A stretch of 64,000 nt of DNA from Eledone cirrhosa (Eukaryota): contig OZ024752.1 of the NCBI GenBank assembly GCA_964016885.1, positions 38,378,001 through 38,442,000 of the forward strand, given 5' to 3'. Position 1 is the stretch's first letter. Each line of letters starts with the position of its first letter. This document shows positions 56,633 through 64,000 of this stretch, piece by piece. Under the pieces are notes generated by a model that was not told the origin of the DNA, made no database searches, and worked only from the letters and a program-made list of their open reading frames with translations. Position numbers and translations under genes: made by a program.

Positions 56633-56668
56633 TCTTCTGATGAAGGACTAGCGTCTGAAACGTTAAGA
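56633..56668 (+). ncRNA. Minimal hammerhead motif, family H1
   Basis: TCTT-CTGATGA-AGGAC TAGC GTCT-GAAAC-GTT-AAGA; tail ends in (CA)n at about 56755. Confidence 0.75.
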
Positions 56669-56905
56669 CCCTCTTCCTGCTATTTCAAGCATTAACCTAA
56701 TATATTCCTTCCATATACTGTACCAATTGTGTTGTTATTTCTGTTTATCTTTTACACACACACATATATATATACAGAGATATCCACGGTAAGTTGTGGG
56801 GTCTATTCTGCATGAAGAACTCAATGTAATCAATATGTTGAAAATGTTGTAGGTTAAAATAAATCTCGGAAAACAATAAAACATTAAAAGGAAAACAGAG
56901 TCATG

Positions 56906-57275
56906 ATATAAGTTAAAACAATGAAATAAAAAATCAAGTCATTAGAGATATACTTCACTGCTTTACGATCGTTTCTAGATGATGATAATACATAGCTATA
57001 CTCCGTTATTGATCTATGTAAGGCTAGTTACACAATGTCAGATAAAAAGAATATTTACTTACATGCATATCACCAGGTGTTTTCAAAATCATATTGCTTT
57101 TGAAAACAGCTGGTGATATGCATGTAAGTAAATATTCTTTTAATCTGATATTTTGTAACTAACCTTACATAGATCAATAATGGAGTATAGCTATGTATTA
57201 TCATCATCTAGAAACGATCATAAAGCAGTGAAGTATATCTCTAATGACTTGATTTTTTATTTCATTGTTTTAACT

Positions 57276-57279
<4 letters not shown>
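56906..57279. repeat. Long fold-back (about 180-bp arms) ending in (TA)n
   Basis: Arms are reverse complements around TCATATTGC at about 57090; contain GAAAC-GATC-GTA, an HHR 3' half. Confidence 0.85.
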
Positions 57280-57314
<35 letters not shown>

Positions 57315-57589
57315 TTAATAAATACACAATTCTACTAAAATAATTGTTTCTACTTTTGGCACAAGGCCAGCAATTATCTCAGTGTATTACTGGTACTTTA
57401 TTTTATCGACCCCGTAAGGATGAAAGGCAAAGTTAACCTTGAAATTTAATTGTTTCTTTTGAATTATTTTAATTTTATTTGTTTGTGTTATTTTGTGAAT
57501 TAGATAATAAATCCTATCAATAAAAAACTTTAATGTATACCCCTTTTACTGCTATCTCTATATTATATATATATTACATACTGTTGTTT

Positions 57590-58205
57590 GTTTTTTGCCG
57601 TGTCACCAACAGACACTCTACAGGGTGGCCTGGGTGATTTTTGCCATGTCATCAATAGATCACCTTACAGGGTGGACTGAGTGCTTTTTACGATGTCACC
57701 AACAGACCATCTTACAGGGTGGACTGGGTCCTTTTTACCGTGTCTCCAACAGACCACAATACAGGCTGGACTGGGTGCTTTTTACCGTGTCACCAACAGA
57801 TCATCTTACAGGGTGGACTAGGTCCTTTTTACCGTGTCTACAACAGACCACATTACAGGCTGGACTGAGTGCTTTTTACCGTGTCACCAACAGACCACCT
57901 TACAGGGTGGACTGGGTCCTTTTTACCGTGGCTCCAACAGACCACATTACAGGCTGGACTGAGTGCTTTTTACCATGTCACCAACAGACCACCTTACAGG
58001 GTGGACTGGGTCCTTTTTACCGTGGCTCCAACAGACCACATTACAGGCTGGACTGAGTGCTTTTTACCGTGTCACCAACAGACCACCTTACAGGCTGGAC
58101 TGGGTCCTTTTTACCGTGGCTCCAACAGACCACATTACAGGCTGGACTGAGTGCTTTTTACCGTGTCACCAACAGACCACCTTACAGGCTGGACTGGGTG
58201 CTTTT
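57590..58205. repeat. 47-bp minisatellite (about 13 copies, 94-bp higher-order dimer) derived from a SINE B segment
   Basis: TTTTTACCGTGTCACCAACAGACCACCTTACAGGGTGGACTGGGTCC; resembles GGGCTGGGTGCTTTTTTGCCGTGGCACC of SINE B. Confidence 0.85.
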
Positions 58206-59116
58206 GTTGCGCCACAAAGTTAAATTTGCTGAAGAAGTTGAAGGGAAGGTGCTGTTTCTAGATTTGCAAAAGTTGTTCTTGAGCTCCGAATCAACCCTGG
58301 TCAAACAATTATGATCATGACAACATGATCCTATGTGTAAGGAACTCATGACAACATGATCCTATGTGACCTTTTTTTCCTATGTGTAGGGAACTCATGA
58401 CACCATGATCTAATATGACCTTTTTTCCTATGTGTAGGGAACTCTGATCCAATGTCATTTTCTAAGAAAGTGGGACAAATTTAGCTGCTAATTTCTCATA
58501 GGTTGAGCAATTATGTTAAAGCAGCCTTGTTGGCTTGTAGCCAGCCAAAGAGGTTAAAATGTAGAATGTCATGTAAACAAAGTTAAAATGTATGGTATGT
58601 AACATAGCCACAGCAGTTGATATGTACAGATAGTTGCATAATAGCCAAAGCACTTCAAATGAATGGTATGTTGTTAAGAAGCCAAATCAGCTAAAATCTA
58701 TGGCCTCCTTTTTTTTTTTATTTGTATTTACATTTTCCTTGTTTGTTTTCTTTTGTCCCACTCGATTTTACTCTCTTTGTAAAACACAACACAAATGCTT
58801 TTTTTTTTTTGTACCAAGTTTAAGTCCAGGTTTAGATTGCTACGGTTTAGCTCCAGATCAGTTCTTATCCAGCAGACATACAATGAAAATAAGCCCCAAC
58901 ATTGATCATGTCACAGCTATCTCAGTAGCCTTCTGAGTATGCCAGACACATGTTTCAAGATATTTATCTTAGTAGCCATGACATGATCACAACTTTAAAT
59001 ATTCATAGCTAAACCTATATATGTTTATTATAGTAATAATAATAAAATTGAAGACTAAAATCCAAAGAGGGCTCGATAAGGAAAATATATATCAAATATA
59101 TAAGAACCGTAGAGCA

Positions 59117-59640
59117 AATATTTATTAAAATAACAGATTAAAGTTTAAGCAAAGAATCGCTGCTTTCACCCTTAACGGGATCTTCTGAAACTAACAAAGT
59201 CAATCTGTAAACGCAGAACTGGATATTTCAAAAAACGTTGCAACCGGAGGAAGACAGGAAGACGATACTTTGGTTCGTGGTAACGTTCGCTGGCAAAGAA
59301 CGGGAAAAAACGAATAATACGTCATTAATAGGAGCGGTGAAAAACAATTACGCGCAAAGACAGAACCACGTTTATGGTATAAAAGAGGTCGTAGACTAAT
59401 GTTGTCTTAAGTGGTGCATAGAGACGTTCTCAATGACGTATTATTCGTTTTTTCCCGTTCTTTGCCAGCGAACGTTACCACGAACCAAAGTATCGTCTTC
59501 CTGTCTTCCTCCGGTTGCAACGTTTTTTGAAATATCCAGTTCTGCGTTTACAGATTGACTTTGTTAGTTTCAGAAGATCCCGTTAAGGGTGAAAGCAGCG
59601 ATTCTTTGCTTAAACTTTAATCTGTTATTTTAATAAATAT
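59117..59640. repeat. Long fold-back (about 210-bp arms, 100-bp spacer); related flank at 11665-11790
   Basis: 59117-59327 is the reverse complement of 59431-59640. Confidence 0.9.
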
Positions 59641-60314
59641 GTTTATTATATATAACTATATCATATATGCCTTCACATGAAACCAAGTCAAAATCAGACC
59701 TGCATAAGCAAGACAAGGCTATCTGATCTGGCTTGTCTCACAATGGGACAACTCGTCTAACCCATGCTAGTGTGGAAAAATGGACTTTAAGTAATGACGA
59801 TGATGAAATGTTAGTGCTACTACTAATTAAATTCTAGCTAGTCACACTCACACTATATGCAAATGAGCATCTCCACCAGATGTTTTATTCAAAAGTATAT
59901 AAGCTATAGCTTATTCTTGGATAATTTGCAATGGCAACATTCTAACATAACCGATTTAAAGTTCAGTAAAATAATTTCAAATATATCAAATATTTAGTAA
60001 AAAATTTATTTCCAAACTCATGATTTTGTTTTAATTAAATTAAATTAAAATAATAATAATAATAATAATAATTGCTTCAACATTTGGCACAAGGCCAGCA
60101 ATTTGAAGGGAAGGGGAAAGTTGATTAAATCAACCCTAGTGTGCTACTGGTACTTTATTTTATCGACCCTGTAAGGATGAAAGGCAAAGCTAACCTTGGC
60201 AGGATTTGAACTCAGAACGTAACTATATGCTGCAAAGTATGTCTGGTGCTCTACTGATTCTACCAATCCACAGCCTTCACCAACTTCATAATAATACTTT
60301 CAGATTTTGTCCAT

Positions 60315-60358
60315 TCAAATTTCTCTTTTCTCAAGTGTCATAATGTAATCCCATTCTT
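60315..60358 (-). CDS. THYN1: THYN1 (EVE domain) last coding exon (EEWDYIMTLEKREI*)
   Basis: tttcaacag acceptor, phase 1 matching the previous exon; EEW..I..L C-terminus; TGA stop. Confidence 0.85.
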
Positions 60359-60510
60359 CTGTTGAAAGTAATATGGAAAAAAAAAGATAATAACAAGGTT
60401 AGAAATAATAAAACCAGCTGTTATAAAGTAGTTCAAAACTTTAGAATACTACCTATAAATACTAAAGTCTCAGATTTGACTCCACTTTACAAAAAATATA
60501 AACTCTAAAA

Positions 60511-60760
60511 CTATGAACAATTCAAAGAGCCATTGAAAGGATCATGTAAAGCAAAAGAAGGTGAGATCGAAAAACTGTCAAATGGATTCGAGAAAAAAAC
60601 AAAAGTTCTCGGCATCATAGAAATCATTAGCAAAGCAAAATGGAAGTGGGCTGGACACATTGCCAGAATGACTGACAACAGATGGACTACCCGCGTCACC
60701 TGGACCCCACAATGTCACATAAGAAACCAAGGCTGCCAGAAGACCAGGTGGTGAGACGAA
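60511..60760 (+). mobile_element. RTE-type LINE fragment in a THYN1 intron
   Basis: IIEIISKAKWKWAGHIARMTDNRWT motif. Confidence 0.75.
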
Positions 60761-61458
60761 CCCAAGAAAATTTTTAAATATTTGGGCTACAAATGACTCA
60801 AGATTAGCAAAGATGGCACAGCTCAGGGAAGGGCTTTTGATCGTTCATTTTATTTTGAACTGTTTCAGCTCCACATTTGAAAATAGAGTAAAAGCCTTGA
60901 AATATCAGGATGAAATATAATAGGTAAAACATTATTTTGTTTTGTTTTATTTGTCATCATTTTCCCTTTGTACTTTTCTACCACGTTCTACCAGATTTTT
61001 GAAAATTATCCGTCTTTTATTACATATTTCACAATGCTTTATGTTAATTACATAAGTATAGTTAATCATTTCAGTAAATTCCTGTGTTCTTCATTATTTA
61101 ATAAAATACGGTGGATTTCATTAAAAATACATTAATGAAAAGGTTAAAAAAGTAAAGACTGAACTATGTTGTCCTAGATAAAATAAAAGTCAGAATGGTC
61201 ACAGCTGGAATATCTGTTGTTATAGGTCTCCCTGATCTAGGGTGGCTTGGAGTCAACAACTGGGTAAACCCTCTTTAGTGTAAATCAATAAAGAAGTCAT
61301 CCAGTATGTGCTAAAAGGAAGAAAATAAAATAATATGCTGATATTTATAACTAAAACAAAGGAATTTGAAAGAAAATGAAACATTGAGAAAAAAAAAGAC
61401 ATGACTAGTTTGTAATATAGATTATCCATAGATGAATGCATAAGATGTTTCTTTATAC

Positions 61459-61643
61459 CTTGACTAACTGATTGGACTGAAAGTCTTGCTTGGCAAAATA
61501 AAGCCAGGTTCTTTAATGGACCACCATTTGTTTTGTGTTTGAGGTGATGTTCCTTAAGAAGTGAAAGAGGTATAAAAGTATCCAGTGTTCTAATGTATTT
61601 CACATCAACCATAAACCATTTAGGGTTAGCGGGATCTGATGAC
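61459..61643 (-). CDS. THYN1: THYN1 (EVE domain) penultimate exon (SSDPANPKWFMVDVKY...GGPLKNLALFCQARLSVQSVSQ)
   Basis: Characteristic NPKWxMVDV and RLSVQ motifs; tttag acceptor, gtataa donor; upstream exons not identified in this window. Confidence 0.9.
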
Positions 61644-63665
61644 CTAAAACAAAAAAATATTAGAAAATTTTTTTTTTTTAAATAAGAAATAAAATAATTC
61701 TTTATGAATAAATATTTTCTTAACATGTCTCAATTTGAAAATTTGATTTTGATCAATTGACAAAATATGATCTCATTCGCTTACTGAGTTGAGTGGAACT
61801 CATCAAATCAGACCAAGGAAACAATGTCTCCATTGGTCTTTCATAGCTGATACTATCTACCGGTCGCAACTCCAAACAAGAAGAGCAATGTGAAATAAAA
61901 TGTCTAACTCAAGGACATTATACACTAACTACCAGCTACTACTGTGGGAACTAACTCACAGGAGAGTAGAGGAAGACCTGCTCAAATCTTCATCAATCAA
62001 CTCTCAGACAATACAAACCTTAGTAGGGAGCAGTTGCCAGGAGCAACGGAAAAGTAAATAGTGAATTGTGGAGAGACTTTGTCAGAAATGTTTGACTGTG
62101 GTCGCAATGATGATGATAATTAAAATGACATTTATAACATAACAAAAGAATCTTATATAAAACTGTTGGAAGATTTTGATTTAGATCAGAACAGTTTAAA
62201 ATTCCATAGGAACAGAGGTGAATTTGAGCACGTTGGTATCAAAACGGTTGAAAGTAACCTTTCAGGGCAAAATCCATGCACCTTTTAATATTGTAGGTTT
62301 TATCATAGCACTCCAACCTTAAACATTTTACTAACAGACACGTCCCAGTCCTAGATTAGTTTTTCATGTGTACTTAAGAACAATTACAACATATGTCAAA
62401 AGACTCTAGAGTTTATGAATTTTTATCTCATATTCCTTTTCACTTCCCCTCCTCAGATTCACAGCTGGTCAAGTCAATGGCACTAGCCTAATGACTAAAA
62501 ATATGCAGGGTTTTATTGTCACCAGCATTCCACTGTGTCCATGGCATGGCCTAATCTACCTTAAGTGGATATTTTGCAGAAGAGAACTCAAAATCTGCTT
62601 TGAATTTAGCTTGAAAAGCAAAATGGCTGAGCTGTCCCAGACACACTTCACAAGGACAAAGTCTTTGGTGCTACACCAATGTCGCAACGATAATCCAATC
62701 CAATCCAATCTAGGACCTTCTCACTCCTGTTGGAGGAACTCCTCCCTGGTTGATCTCTGCTGCTTTCTGCTTGGTTTCGGTCATGTCTTCAGGGGTGTAG
62801 CTGTATTCACCACGCTTGGCCAGTTGCAAGTTGGTGAGGTTATATAACTCATAGTTGGTGTGGATGGCAGTTGACTCTGAGGAGTTCAGCTGCCCTTTTT
62901 ACAGCTCTTGTTTTTTGTGCTGCTAGCGTTCCACTAACTCTCCTCCCCAGACCAGGGTTTACTCGCCAACCACTCAACCATGCTCTACATCTCTTTCTCA
63001 CTTTCTCTATCCTTCTGTGAAAGAAATCTGCTGGTGTTCAGACCTGGAAAAGAAATGGGCTCCACCATGTTTAAAAAAATGCCTCAGATAAGCTGTATAC
63101 TAATACAGTGCCACCACGACTCCCTCAGGAGTTATGGGACCATGCGTGCATGCATAGAATGGGATGATACTGCAAAATAGTCTAAAAACTGTATATGTAG
63201 CTCTTTAGAATACTGGATTTGCAATTGTGAGGTTGTGAGTTCAATTCCTGGACCCGGTCATGCGTTATGTCCTTGAGCAAGACACTTTATTTCACATTGC
63301 TCCTTCTGCCGAGGGTTGTGACTAGTAGATAGTATCATGAGTTACAAGACCATACATACTGAAGATGAATCAATTTGTCATCAGAATTACACAGTAATGT
63401 CACAAGTTACATAACTGTTTGTTAGAGCAATATGTGCAAAAATCAATGCAAAATCCAAACTCATGATTTTTTTTTTATTTCTAACTTGCTGAATTTCACA
63501 TTCCAGCAGAATGTGTATATTTAGCAGTAAACCACCACAATAGCAATTGTATTTCTATTTACAAATAACAGAGAAATTACATGACAGAAATTACTACAAT
63601 CAGAAGTTCAAAGAGTTCAAATGTATTCTCTTTTTATAAATTTTCATTAATTGTTAATATTTCTA

Positions 63666-63880
63666 GGGCGGTGGATTGGCAGTATCGGTAAAGCGTCGGA
63701 CACCATGCTTTGCAGCATAGAGTTACGGTCCTTTGTAGTCTGAGTTCAAATCCCGCCAAGGTTAGCTTTGCCTTTCACCCTTACAGGGTCGATAAATAAA
63801 GCACCAGTAATGCACTGGGGTCGATTTAATCAACTTTCCCCTCCCCCCCAAATTGCTGGCCTTGTACCTAAATTTGAAAC
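63666..63880 (+). mobile_element. Full-length SINE A (long-tail variant) with TSD AATTGTTAATATTTCTA
   Basis: Box A/box B, Deu/Nin-like domain, direct repeat at both flanks. Confidence 0.85.
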
Positions 63881-64000
63881 CATAAATTGTTAATATTTCT
63901 AAAATAACAATAAAACAAGCAACAACAAAACTCTGTAGTGTACTGAAAACAAAACACCCATAACACTCTACTTAGATGGATTTTTTAAATGCAGTGATAT

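Noticed and set aside
62491-63180. Plus-strand ORFs as genes
   Set aside because: Overlap repeat sequence also seen at 19390-19530 and 27560-27620; no motifs; probably THYN1 intron

Overview
Repeat-rich, AT-rich animal genomic DNA. The SINE families suggest an octopod cephalopod (inference). The minus strand carries a complete 9-exon ZIP8/ZIP14-type metal transporter gene (SLC39A14-like; 55624 to 13236, about 566 aa, all splice phases concordant) and the last two coding exons of THYN1. Intron 1 of the ZIP gene holds a 14.7-kb Penelope-like element (PLE) complex: inverted 5' fragments, a pseudo-LTR and three head-to-tail 4.15-kb RT+GIY-YIG units. Each unit ends in a variant minimal hammerhead ribozyme (HHR), and the array terminates in (TA)n. 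The most striking signal is at least seven sequence-unrelated families of short non-coding elements, each with a minimal HHR motif (CUGANGA...GAAA, usually a palindromic stem III loop). Most lie 30-90 nt from a (TA)n or (CA)n tract, often as fold-back inverted repeats. They look like a diversified population of microsatellite-targeting, non-autonomous PLE/retrozyme-like elements. Also present: minisatellites (44/40, 50, 84, 139 and 47 bp units), two tRNA-derived SINE families, piggyBac-like and mariner-like MITEs, a solo LTR, a Helitron-like 3' end and LINE fragments. All calls were made by eye; repeat boundaries are approximate.
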